Translations under genes and position numbers: made by a program
Source of the DNA: a virus
DNA: 64,000 nt
Direction: 5' to 3' (one strand)
IMG/VR virus record: IMGVR_UViG_3300014208_001433
Location: 1 to 64,000 of that record
Notes under the pieces: model-generated
Database searches by the model: none
Seen by the model: only the letters and a program-made list of their open reading frames with translations
What the model was told of the DNA's origin: nothing
In this document: positions 18,792 to 28,046 of the stretch, piece after piece
Layout: each line of letters begins with the position of its first letter
Position numbering within the stretch: the stretch's first letter is position 1

Positions 18792-18965
18792 ATGGATTTA
18801 CGAAAGAAATTTATCGAAGACAATTTGAAGAAAGCGGAAATAAAGAAAGGCTTAACGGAATGGGAAAAAGAGCTAATCGCTTCGGTAAAGGAGGATTTGA
18901 AGGAAAATCGTTTCGTATCGCAATGGAAATATAACCATTTAGAAATATTAGCAGAGAATAGATAA
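18792..18965 (+). CDS. Small hypothetical protein (57 aa, not in track)
   Basis: MDLRKKF...LTEWEKELIASV; fills the operon gap. Confidence 0.55.
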   Translation: MDLRKKFIEDNLKKAEIKKGLTEWEKELIASVKEDLKENRFVSQWKYNHLEILAENR

Positions 18966-18975
18966 AGGAGCAATA

Positions 18976-19959
18976 ATGGCAGCAGATACAAACATAGAAT
19001 ATTTAACAAAATCTTGGAACCCGATACAAACCATAATAAAAGGTGAGAGTGGGCAAGGTTATCACTGCACACACGTAGACGAAGGATGCCGTAATTGTTG
19101 GGCTGAGGGGATGAATAATCGGGTAGGGAATCGATTGCCTTTTGATACAAAAGTGTTTGAATATGAAATAAAGAATAGTGAGTTAGCCAAACCCTTATCA
19201 TGGCGTAAACCGCAAATGATAGGAGTACAATTTATGGGAGATTTATTCCATAAAGATATTCCGTTTGAACTTATTTTTAAAGTATTTATGGTAATGCAAC
19301 GCGCAGAAAACCATACATTTTTAATTTTAACAAAAAGACCGGAGCGGATGTATGAATTCTTTTCCTTTCCAATGAATCACATTGACCCCAAATGGGTAAA
19401 CCTTACATTAAATAACACTAAAGTTGGAGAGATGTTTTCTAACTGTAAAAATATTTGGTATGGCACATCGATAAGTGATCAACAAAGTGCAGACACACGA
19501 ATACCGAAATTGTTAAAGCTTAAGGGAAGATTCCCAATGGTAAAGATTTGGTTAAGCATTGAGCCAATGATAAAAGCAATTGAACTACAACCGGTATGGT
19601 TTGGTAATTATAAAAGTTGTGATGGAATTCTCCCACGACAAATTGATTGGGTTGTTTGCGGAGGAGAAAGCGGGCCACATGCAAGACCATTACACCCAGA
19701 TTGGGTACGCAGTTTACGTAATCAATGTAAAGAGGCAAACGTTTCATTTTTCTTTAAGCAATGGGGAGAATGGGTGCCAGAACCGGATATACACAAAGGC
19801 AGAACTCTTTGGTTCGATGGTTCGATGGATACGGGTATAGCAAGTGAAAACGGAATTGGAAGAAATGTAAGAAGAGTTGGGAAGAAAAAAGCGGGGCGAT
19901 TGTTGGACGGAGTTGAACACAATGAATTTCCCGAAGGAGTAGGAAATGTTACTAAATAA
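18976..19959 (+). CDS. DUF5131 (Gp37/Gp68) family protein
   Basis: SWNPI, CTHVDEGCRNCWAE, MGDLFH, ILTKRP, SIEP, GGESG, FFFKQWG. Confidence 0.9.
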   Translation: MAADTNIEYLTKSWNPIQTIIKGESGQGYHCTHVDEGCRNCWAEGMNNRVGNRLPFDTKVFEYEIKNSELAKPLSWRKPQMIGVQFMGDLFHKDIPFELIFKVFMVMQRAENHTFLILTKRPERMYEFFSFPMNHIDPKWVNLTLNNTKVGEMFSNCKNIWYGTSISDQQSADTRIPKLLKLKGRFPMVKIWLSIEPMIKAIELQPVWFGNYKSCDGILPRQIDWVVCGGESGPHARPLHPDWVRSLRNQCKEANVSFFFKQWGEWVPEPDIHKGRTLWFDGSMDTGIASENGIGRNVRRVGKKKAGRLLDGVEHNEFPEGVGNVTK

Positions 19960-20335
19960 ATTATCAAAAGAGTGTTTTGAGAATGCAAAAGCAAAAGGTT
20001 TCCACAGTTTAACGGAAGAGAACAAAGATTTGGTTATTCCACGGGATCTTATGTTAATTGTTACAGAACTCAGCGAAGCAATGGAGGCGCTTAGGCATAA
20101 CAGATGGGCGGAACTTCAGCTATATCAATTCGATACTGCGGCAAACAGTTCGGAAGATTTTAACAAGATAGGTTTTGAGGCGTACATAAAAGACCGGTTT
20201 GAGGATGAAATTTCCGATACGTTTATAAGGTTATTTCATCTTTGCGGACTGTTGAACATTGATATTGACGCGCATGTGAAGCTGAAGATGGAGTACAACA
20301 AAACAAGGGAACATAAACACGGGAAGAAATTTTAA
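19946..20335 (+). CDS. MazG-like NTP pyrophosphohydrolase
   Basis: LIVTELSEAMEALR, EDEISDTFIR, KMEYNKTR..KHGK. Confidence 0.85.
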   Translation: MLLNKLSKECFENAKAKGFHSLTEENKDLVIPRDLMLIVTELSEAMEALRHNRWAELQLYQFDTAANSSEDFNKIGFEAYIKDRFEDEISDTFIRLFHLCGLLNIDIDAHVKLKMEYNKTREHKHGKKF

Positions 20336-20346
20336 GGAGAAATAAT

Positions 20347-20583
20347 ATGATAGTTGCAAGATTATTAGAACAAGTTAAGGTTGGCATTGAAAATGGATAC
20401 ATAAATGAAAACTCCAAAGTTTTCTTCTCTGTTCCAGGAGAGGATGGATTTATTTTGGAAATAGAGAGTACTTGTCTTCCGGCATTAATACACAAGACAG
20501 CGCCAAAGAAAAGAGGTGTGTTATGTTTTACAAATGTAAAATTACCACAAGAGGAAGTTGGAGAGAACAGCAATGAAAATTAA
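20347..20583 (+). CDS. Hypothetical protein
   Basis: AGGAG RBS. Confidence 0.5.
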   Translation: MIVARLLEQVKVGIENGYINENSKVFFSVPGEDGFILEIESTCLPALIHKTAPKKRGVLCFTNVKLPQEEVGENSNEN

Positions 20584-20839
20584 CGTATCAGATGCAGTGA
20601 TCGGGCATTTTTGGGAAGAGCCGCCGGAAGACAGTTGGGAGTTTTGGGCTTTTCTTTGGCCAGTTAAGGCGAAAGTTGGAGACACAATTTTCTTTTATTA
20701 CAACAAAAAGTTAATTGCAAAAGCAGTGATAGCGAAGATAGAGAAACCGGGTGAAAGCGAATGCGAAGCAACGGGCAATTACTGGAACCGGTGGAAGGTT
20801 TATTGGACACAGGAAAGTTTTATTGATATGAGAAACTAA
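20573..20839 (+). CDS. Hypothetical (possible PUA/EVE-like) protein
   Basis: Trp-rich, KVGDTIFFY. Confidence 0.5.
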   Translation: MKINVSDAVIGHFWEEPPEDSWEFWAFLWPVKAKVGDTIFFYYNKKLIAKAVIAKIEKPGESECEATGNYWNRWKVYWTQESFIDMRN

Positions 20840-20862
20840 AATAAATTCAAAGGAGAAATAGT

Positions 20863-21345
20863 ATGCCGTTAATTGAGGTTACGGAAAAGCAGTATGAGTT
20901 CTTAAAGAACTTGCAAAACGAGATCAACACACAGGATAATAGGGCGACCGCAAAGCCTTATTTCTTCCAGGTAAAAAAGACTGATAGAGTTTATGGAGAG
21001 AGTTTGTGCCAATCGGACGGGCACGGATATGTTGATAAAGATGAAAGCCAATTTTATGATGAGATCCCCGATAAGGAAGAAGCCGGGTATGAGGATATGG
21101 GTGATAGTGAATATCAAGATCGATTTGAAAGAACGGAATATCAAGAAATAGTTAGTTACGATAATTGTTTTTTTACGGAGAAAGCATGCTTGCGGCATAT
21201 TAAAGAGAATAAACATCATTATGCAGACGAAGAACCAATGCAGCTAACATATTTGAACGCAGCCTGGAGAAACCCGGAAATGGAAATGATGTTTGATATT
21301 ATTAGTTCCGTAAAGTTTATGGATGAGGCAAAAAATGAAAGCTGA
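20863..21345 (+). CDS. Conserved phage hypothetical protein
   Basis: TQDNRATAKP...FFTEKAC..HI..N.HH...RNPEM pattern. Confidence 0.7.
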   Translation: MPLIEVTEKQYEFLKNLQNEINTQDNRATAKPYFFQVKKTDRVYGESLCQSDGHGYVDKDESQFYDEIPDKEEAGYEDMGDSEYQDRFERTEYQEIVSYDNCFFTEKACLRHIKENKHHYADEEPMQLTYLNAAWRNPEMEMMFDIISSVKFMDEAKNES

Positions 21346-23080
21346 TATCGGAATAGGGATAAGTATTCAAAAATTGATAGAGACGCGAGCGCTGGTGCAG
21401 GCGAACAGCGGAGGAGGGAAAAGCTACCTATTAAGGAAGCTGTTGGAAGAAACCCACGGCAAAGTGCAGCAAATTATTTTGGATATCGAAGGGGAATTCT
21501 CATCCTTGCGCGAGAAGTTTGACTATGTAGTTTTTGGAGAGGGAGGCGATTATCCGTTAAGCATTAAGTATGCTGATCAGATGGCAAAATCATTAATGGA
21601 GTTAAGTGTTTCGGCGATAATCGATCTTTCGGAACTAGAGCATCATCACCGGATTATTTTTGTAGAACGGTTCCTTCACCGTTTAGTGAACTTGCCAAAG
21701 AATTATTGGAAGCCTTGTTTAATCGTAATTGATGAAGCGCATCAATTTTGCCCACAGAACGGGAATGTAAGCAGCGCAAAACCAGTAATTGATCTTTGTA
21801 CACGAGGAAGAAAGCGGGGATATTCTGCAATTTTAGCAACACAGCGAATAAGCAAACTTCACAAAGACGCAGCGGCCGAAACTTTGAACAAGTTTATAGG
21901 GCGGACCGGATTAGATGTTGATATGAAGCGAGCAGCTGAGGAATTGGGTATGTCAACAAAGCAGGATATGTTAAGTCTTCGCGCATTGGGAGAAGGTGAT
22001 TTTTTTGCTTTTGGTCCGGCTATAAGCAACGAGGTGACGAGATTTCATGTAGAGAAGGTAAAGACTAACCACCCAAGGAGCGGAAGCCGTATAGTTGAAG
22101 TACCGAAGCCATCGGACAAAATAAAAGAGTTATTGGGAAGATTGAAAGACCTACCGGAAGAGGCGGAGAAAGAACAGAAGACAATTGATGATCTGAGGAG
22201 GGAGAATACGAATCTAAAAACTAAACTAACAATTATTGAGAGAACTCCGAAAACGATAAACGTTAGTCCGAAGGAGGTAGAACAAATTGAAAAGTTAAAA
22301 ACTGAAAATAGCAGTTTGGAAGAAAACAGACAGAGCTTAATTAAGACGGTCAAAGAAATAAATTCTCTTAAAGCTTCTGTTAGTAAAATTATTGCTGATC
22401 TGATAAAAGGGGCAAATTCAGTTATAGAAAAATTTGAAATGGTGAATATTCCTACCGAAGAAGAAATAAAGCCTATTGGATTTGTAGCGGCACTTGGTGG
22501 AGAACAAATTAAGCCAAGAATTGGGGGAAAGACTTATGATTATGAAATAAAATTTCTTCCAAATAGTCAAGCAGCAGTTTTACTTAACCCGGGTATAGAA
22601 AATATACAGCTCGGTAAATGCGCTTTTGAGGTTCTTAAATTCCTTGCAGTAAGACCATATAGTTCATTTAGTAGAACACAAATAGGGGCAATGACCGGAT
22701 ATGCGCCGAATGGAGGTTCATTCAATAATTCGATAAGTGAACTAAGGACAAAGGGATTAATTGATAAGAACGGAACGAATACATTCTTGTTAAACCAAGG
22801 TGGAGTAGAATATTTAAAATCAAAAGGAGTTCAGCCGGGGGTTGGTGATTATAGCCCTCGCATTTGGTTGGAAAAACTACCGGCAGCGAGCAAAAAGATT
22901 TATGAAATATTGCTTTTAAATTCAGAACATAGTTTTAGTAAAGGCGCGTTGGGAGAAATGACGGGATATGAGCATAACGGCGGATCATTTAACAATGCTA
23001 TTTCTAAGCTTTGTGTTTTGGGACTAGCAGAAAGATACGGCGGGCAAATTAGATTAAATCAAGAATTAATTAATATTTAA
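21335..23080 (+). CDS. HerA/DUF87-like ATPase with duplicated C-terminal winged HTH
   Basis: ANSGGGKS, IDEAH, RGRKRG, ATQR; two GxMTGY..NGGSFNN repeats. Confidence 0.85.
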   Translation: MKADIGIGISIQKLIETRALVQANSGGGKSYLLRKLLEETHGKVQQIILDIEGEFSSLREKFDYVVFGEGGDYPLSIKYADQMAKSLMELSVSAIIDLSELEHHHRIIFVERFLHRLVNLPKNYWKPCLIVIDEAHQFCPQNGNVSSAKPVIDLCTRGRKRGYSAILATQRISKLHKDAAAETLNKFIGRTGLDVDMKRAAEELGMSTKQDMLSLRALGEGDFFAFGPAISNEVTRFHVEKVKTNHPRSGSRIVEVPKPSDKIKELLGRLKDLPEEAEKEQKTIDDLRRENTNLKTKLTIIERTPKTINVSPKEVEQIEKLKTENSSLEENRQSLIKTVKEINSLKASVSKIIADLIKGANSVIEKFEMVNIPTEEEIKPIGFVAALGGEQIKPRIGGKTYDYEIKFLPNSQAAVLLNPGIENIQLGKCAFEVLKFLAVRPYSSFSRTQIGAMTGYAPNGGSFNNSISELRTKGLIDKNGTNTFLLNQGGVEYLKSKGVQPGVGDYSPRIWLEKLPAASKKIYEILLLNSEHSFSKGALGEMTGYEHNGGSFNNAISKLCVLGLAERYGGQIRLNQELINI

Positions 23081-23093
23081 CTACGAGGTATTT

Positions 23094-23417
23094 ATGGAAA
23101 TAGAGATAGAGCACGTAACAGAAATGGAAGGGATGATTAAACCAAAGAGGAAAAATATGATTGCATGGATTATTGGGCTTTTGGAGGAAAGAAGGAAAAA
23201 GAGAGATGTTCTTTTCCATTCGGCGAATGTAATTGTTGAAAAGAAAATGACATTTACGCAGGCGGTTGATCACTTGACCTCAAGTAAGATTAAATACGGC
23301 ATAGAAATACAGAACGGCGAACGGAAACTTGAACTGTACACCGGTTTAGGGCGCGGTTCGTTTCTTTGGAATGATGGGGGCGCGGTATTGGTCCATTATC
23401 AAGTAAAATTAAATTAA
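23094..23417 (+). CDS. Hypothetical protein
   Basis: GAGGT RBS. Confidence 0.55.
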   Translation: MEIEIEHVTEMEGMIKPKRKNMIAWIIGLLEERRKKRDVLFHSANVIVEKKMTFTQAVDHLTSSKIKYGIEIQNGERKLELYTGLGRGSFLWNDGGAVLVHYQVKLN

Positions 23418-23430
23418 CAAAGGCTTTATT

Positions 23431-24453
23431 ATGGCGCGTCCGACAAAAGTAGGGATAAGTTATTTCCCATATAACGTTGACTTTTATGAAGATGAGAAAA
23501 CTGAATTTATCCCGGCTAAGTACGGATTGATTGGGGAGGCAATTACAGCAAGATTGCTCGAACGTATTTACCGAAACGGATATTTAACGAAATGGGACGA
23601 AGATGTTAAGGTTTTGTTTGTAAGCAAATTGAGAGCGCCGGGATGTGATAATTTGAGTGAAATTGTTGACGGGGTTATAACAGAATTATTGAAAAGAGAT
23701 TTTTTTAGTAAAGAGTTATTTGACAAGTACAAGGTTTTAACCGGGAGAGGAATACAAAAAAGGTATCTTAAAATTTGTGCCGATGCAAAGCGGAAACATA
23801 GTGTTATTAGTCATGAATATAATTTGATTGATGAAGAGGAAACACCGAAAGTAACAACATTTGAGTTATTTCCAGAGGAAACCCCAATTACCACCGGAGT
23901 AATACCGGAGGAAACCACCATTAACACGGGAAATGCACCGGAGTTTAGTACACAAAGTAAAGTAAAGAAAACTATAGAAAACAAAAGTAAAGAAGAGGAA
24001 ACAAAAGCAGATGAAACTCCTTACTTCTTTACGTTTTCAAATTTTAACGATCTTTACTTTTTACAAGCAGCATTAAATGACATGATAGGGCACTACTGTT
24101 GGGAGTTGGATATAACAAAATCGGTAAGGACAAGGCTGTTTAATATCATTTCTGAGAGTGTTTTTCCTCGAGATAGATGTTACAAAATTGCACTTAATGT
24201 TTTTATCGAGTACAAAGATTTTACAGCAGAACAGAAAAACTTCCGGTATCTTTTTTCAAGGATTGAAGGAAAGATTGAGGATGCAATAATTATTTACCGC
24301 GAAGAATTGGCAGAGTTGGATAAGAATAAAGAGAAAATTGAAGCGGAAAAGATGCTGCACAATAACGAAGAAAGTCCACCAGGAGAAGAAAGTTTTAGTT
24401 CGATTCTTAAGGGAATGATTAATTCAAAAAGCATAGCGGAGAAAAAGGTATGA
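23431..24453 (+). CDS. DUF4373/Lin1244-like replication initiator
   Basis: MARPTKVGISYFP, LLERIYRNGY, LTGRGIQKRY; internal iterons. Confidence 0.8.
   Translation: MARPTKVGISYFPYNVDFYEDEKTEFIPAKYGLIGEAITARLLERIYRNGYLTKWDEDVKVLFVSKLRAPGCDNLSEIVDGVITELLKRDFFSKELFDKYKVLTGRGIQKRYLKICADAKRKHSVISHEYNLIDEEETPKVTTFELFPEETPITTGVIPEETTINTGNAPEFSTQSKVKKTIENKSKEEETKADETPYFFTFSNFNDLYFLQAALNDMIGHYCWELDITKSVRTRLFNIISESVFPRDRCYKIALNVFIEYKDFTAEQKNFRYLFSRIEGKIEDAIIIYREELAELDKNKEKIEAEKMLHNNEESPPGEESFSSILKGMINSKSIAEKKV
23836..24010. repeat. Putative replication origin (iterons + A-rich tract)
   Basis: GAGGAAAC at 23836, 23875, 23908 and 23995, CACCGGAGT twice, then an A-rich tract inside the initiator gene. Confidence 0.6.
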
Positions 24454-24650
24454 CAACATGGCATTGTTCTTCGAATAACCCCACAACGTGGAGGAGTGAT
24501 AATGGAGACCTTATCCGGCGTATGAAAAGTGGAGAATGGGAATATAGAACTACTGATATGCCTAGGGGATTTTGGTTGAAAGAGCGATCAAGAAAAACAG
24601 CTATTGAAGAAGTGGAAAAACTATTAAATAAAACGGAGAAAAAAGTATGA
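24450..24650 (+). CDS. Small hypothetical protein flanked by duplicated junction
   Basis: ATGA overlaps at both ends. Confidence 0.6.
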   Translation: MTTWHCSSNNPTTWRSDNGDLIRRMKSGEWEYRTTDMPRGFWLKERSRKTAIEEVEKLLNKTEKKV

Positions 24651-25063
24651 GTTTAGAAAAAGTATTTAACCGGAAACAAGTGAAAGAGATTGCAGAACAA
24701 ATACCTATGACCATTGGAGAGATGCAAAGAATGTTCAGTGATTACGGGATACGAGTATTTAACACAGAGACAAACGAGCTTGAAATTGCGACTATACACA
24801 CGGCAACAACCGCTGATTTGCTGAGTGTGATTAAATATTATGAGGATAATTTAACCCGCATAGCCAAAGAGAATACAGAAGAACAAGAACGTATAATCAG
24901 AATTGATGAAAGGATAAAAACATTCAAGTCTGCACAGGCGGTTTGGGGTTTTAATTTTCAAATTCCTATTGCAGAGAATGAAAGTTTGTTGGAAAGACTA
25001 AAATACGAACAGACACACAACCCACTTGCAACAGATGAAGGAGAAAAAGACAATGGGAAATGA
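24647..25063 (+). CDS. Hypothetical protein
   Basis: ORF in operon. Confidence 0.6.
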   Translation: MSLEKVFNRKQVKEIAEQIPMTIGEMQRMFSDYGIRVFNTETNELEIATIHTATTADLLSVIKYYEDNLTRIAKENTEEQERIIRIDERIKTFKSAQAVWGFNFQIPIAENESLLERLKYEQTHNPLATDEGEKDNGK

Positions 25064-25448
25064 AGAAGATTGTTTGTTAAGAGCAATGAAGGAAGATGAT
25101 ATTATCGCTTCCGAAAATACTCCGATTATGGAGAAAGCAAGTAGAGAGAGAACGGAGAAAATTGCCCCAATTATTTGGGAGAAACGTTACAGCACAACTG
25201 AAGCTGACGATAAGTTTGGAAGATGGATGAGGATAGGCAGAATAAATGAAATGACGGTAGCAATTATTACCAAAGCTGTTCACTTAGAGAAAATAAAATA
25301 TGTTGTAAAGCTCCCGAATAATAAAGGAGATGAAAGTTTGCAAAGCGATATCATAGTGAACAGCGAGAACGAAGCAATGTTAGAAGCTGAGAAGTTTATT
25401 GCCGGGTATGTTGCAAATTTTAGAAAAATGGAAGTGATTGGAAAATAG
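25053..25448 (+). CDS. Hypothetical protein
   Basis: AAGGAG before ATG 25053. Confidence 0.55.
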   Translation: MGNEEDCLLRAMKEDDIIASENTPIMEKASRERTEKIAPIIWEKRYSTTEADDKFGRWMRIGRINEMTVAIITKAVHLEKIKYVVKLPNNKGDESLQSDIIVNSENEAMLEAEKFIAGYVANFRKMEVIGK

Positions 25449-25521
25449 TTTTTGTAAATAATTAAAAAATGAAATAAGTTAACACATGTAATTTTTAATA
25501 AATTAACATAGGAGCTGAAGC

Positions 25522-25851
25522 ATGGAAAAAAGAATGAGAACTAAGCCGCGATTTGATGTTGAAGAGATCAAAAAAATATTTTCCGAATTAACGAACAAGG
25601 GGAAAACACAAGGGGAGATTACGACAAAGATAGTTACCAGGTGGAGACGGGGAGAGTTGAAAAGGATTGAGGTAAACAACGAAGACTTAGGCGTAAGCCA
25701 ACGCCATTTTTACGAATCGAAAATAATAAAAGTTCTGTTGATGAGCGGGAGATTTCGCCCAAATTTTACCGGACGGTTAGAGTTTGAGATTACAACAAAT
25801 GAAGGCACGGCTAAGAAAGTACATTATCAAATAAGCAATTTTATTATTTAA
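25522..25851 (+). CDS. Hypothetical protein
   Basis: AGGAG RBS. Confidence 0.55.
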   Translation: MEKRMRTKPRFDVEEIKKIFSELTNKGKTQGEITTKIVTRWRRGELKRIEVNNEDLGVSQRHFYESKIIKVLLMSGRFRPNFTGRLEFEITTNEGTAKKVHYQISNFII

Positions 25852-25864
25852 CAAAGAAGTGAAT

Positions 25865-26281
25865 ATGTCATTTACATTAAATCAGGTTACACTATTAGGA
25901 ACGTTGGGGAAAGATTGCGAGACGAGAACAGCGGGGTCAAGCACTGTCTCATCATTTAGTATTGCAACGGAAAGAAGTTGGAAGGATAAAGCCGGAGAGT
26001 GGAAAAAGGAAACGGACTGGCATAACATTACAGTTTGGAACCCCTCAGATTACATAAAGGAGAGATTGAAAAAAGGGGCAAAGGTTTTAGTTACCGGAGA
26101 AATGCGAACTGACAAATATGAGAAAGATGGGGTAACTCACTACAATACCAAAGTTGTAGCAAAGCAAGTTATTACGTTGGACCGGAAAGGTGAGGCGCAA
26201 AGCGAAAGCGGCGAACAAAGTCATCAGGAAGAAGAGCGCGGAGAATTACAACCAGGAACGGAAGAAGACCTTCCATTTTAA
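25865..26281 (+). CDS. ssb: Single-stranded DNA-binding protein
   Basis: LNQVTLLGTLGKD, ETDWHNI, KGAKVLVTG, acidic tail EDLPF. Confidence 0.95.
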   Translation: MSFTLNQVTLLGTLGKDCETRTAGSSTVSSFSIATERSWKDKAGEWKKETDWHNITVWNPSDYIKERLKKGAKVLVTGEMRTDKYEKDGVTHYNTKVVAKQVITLDRKGEAQSESGEQSHQEEERGELQPGTEEDLPF

Positions 26282-26325
26282 AAAAAATAACAAAATTCAA
26301 ACAACAAAACACAAAGGAACGTACT

Positions 26326-27210
26326 ATGAAAAAGTTACTCATTTCAATCTTGGCATTTATTTTTTCACCGATAATCAACACGATAAAGGAGGTAGGGCAT
26401 CAAATTATTGAAAGGAATCGGAATGCACTATTAGAATTAAGTATGTACGCTGAAGGTAAGATGAGGGAGTTAATGGAACGGCTTGAAAAAATTGAACAGC
26501 GACAATTGGAAACAAATTACTTTATTGGTGGAGTTGCGGCAACAAAAGATGAGGGAGCGCAATTAGGGATAATACAAGTGATGGGTAACTTATCTCAGCA
26601 GCTTAATCACATCGGAAGAAAAGCCACAATGCCGTTAATATTTACAGCCAAAGGGCTTGTTCTAAACGTTTTACAATGCAAGAAGATCATGTTTGAGTGT
26701 AATTGGGATAACATTAACGTTATGCGTTTTCTGTTAATGGTTGACGGGACTAATGCAGATACGTTTGAATATAACTTTGAAAAGATTTCGCTTGATCCGG
26801 GTTTTGAGAAGTCGGAAGATAAACCGGTATTTGATTTTGCACGGGTGTTTTTGAAAAAGCATACAACACTTACAAACGGGAAGAAGAATATCAGCATTAT
26901 TGATCACATTGCAATACATGCAAGCAGGCTGTTAATTAGCTATGTGCCGCAAAGAGACATTCTCTATCATGCAGAGATTGATATGATTTGCTTCCGATCG
27001 ATCATTTCCGCAGTAACTCCTTTTTACGAAAAAGAGAAAGCGGATAGCCAAGCACGGGATAAAGCGGAAGAACCGAAAGAAATAGAACAACCGAAAGAAG
27101 AGCAGAACAGTGAAGAAAAAGTAGAACAGACTAACATTTTCCCCTTAAATGATGCGGGTAGAACAGATGTTGCAGAACAGTCCGAAAAATCAGAACAAAA
27201 AGAACAGTAG
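26326..27210 (+). CDS. Hypothetical protein
   Basis: RBS, hydrophobic N-terminus, acidic tail. Confidence 0.6.
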   Translation: MKKLLISILAFIFSPIINTIKEVGHQIIERNRNALLELSMYAEGKMRELMERLEKIEQRQLETNYFIGGVAATKDEGAQLGIIQVMGNLSQQLNHIGRKATMPLIFTAKGLVLNVLQCKKIMFECNWDNINVMRFLLMVDGTNADTFEYNFEKISLDPGFEKSEDKPVFDFARVFLKKHTTLTNGKKNISIIDHIAIHASRLLISYVPQRDILYHAEIDMICFRSIISAVTPFYEKEKADSQARDKAEEPKEIEQPKEEQNSEEKVEQTNIFPLNDAGRTDVAEQSEKSEQKEQ

Positions 27211-27229
27211 ATAAGAACGGTCTATACCT

Positions 27230-28006
27230 ATGCGGACAAAAGAATTCGACCAAGAAATAGTTGAGCTTATCAAGAAGCACACTCCCTTTCGTGAAATAAT
27301 GGAAAAATACGGCTTCAAGAGCACTTCCAAAATAGCAAGGATAAAAGCGGAGTACATTGATGAGCCAAAGGGGAAGAAGACGCGCAGGTCCAGACCGATG
27401 AAGCAAGCGCACAAGAATAAACTTAGCCTTACGGCAAATGCTATTGCCATAACGAACAAAAGTGAAATAATTGTAAACAACGTAATTGATATTCTTGCGG
27501 GGATGAGGTACAGTGTGCTTAATCTTGAGAGCATACAAGGTGAGCAGAAAGAGAAAAGCGAAAATGTTGTAAGTGAGCTGCAAGAGTTGAACAAGAAGGT
27601 TGATACTTTCTTGGATTGTGCGACCGAGGTTAGCACAGAAGCGGGAATGATTGAGCTACAAAAAGAAAAGGATGCACTAAACAAAAGGATAGGACAGGCA
27701 ATAGCTGAAGCGGGAAACTTTTATGCAAGAGATACGCTGCGGATAAAAGCAATTGCGGAGTTGAGGAATCAGTTTAAGGCATTTGTGGATTTGGAAATTG
27801 TAGCTAAGGGGCTAACGCAAGTTAAGGAAGTTTTAGACACACTATTTATAGCAATGCAAGTATTATCAGACGACACTTATGTTAGATTTAGAAACAGAGC
27901 AATCGAAATTAACGCCGTGGTTAGAGAGTTATTCGCCCAAAACGAAGAGAAGGTGGCAGAACGAAGAGAACCAACGGAAGTACACATTATCGATACAAAC
28001 GAGTAA
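27230..28006 (+). CDS. Probable terminase small subunit
   Basis: N-terminal HTH, helical body, directly upstream of terL. Confidence 0.55.
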   Translation: MRTKEFDQEIVELIKKHTPFREIMEKYGFKSTSKIARIKAEYIDEPKGKKTRRSRPMKQAHKNKLSLTANAIAITNKSEIIVNNVIDILAGMRYSVLNLESIQGEQKEKSENVVSELQELNKKVDTFLDCATEVSTEAGMIELQKEKDALNKRIGQAIAEAGNFYARDTLRIKAIAELRNQFKAFVDLEIVAKGLTQVKEVLDTLFIAMQVLSDDTYVRFRNRAIEINAVVRELFAQNEEKVAERREPTEVHIIDTNE

Positions 28007-28046
28007 AAACACAATTTACCGGCGCGATGTTGGTGAGGTTGCGGAC

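Noticed and set aside
27879-28046. TerS-TerL frameshift fusion or TerL start at 27879
   Set aside because: The frame is open, but I see no clear slippery site and GTG 28047 has a strong RBS
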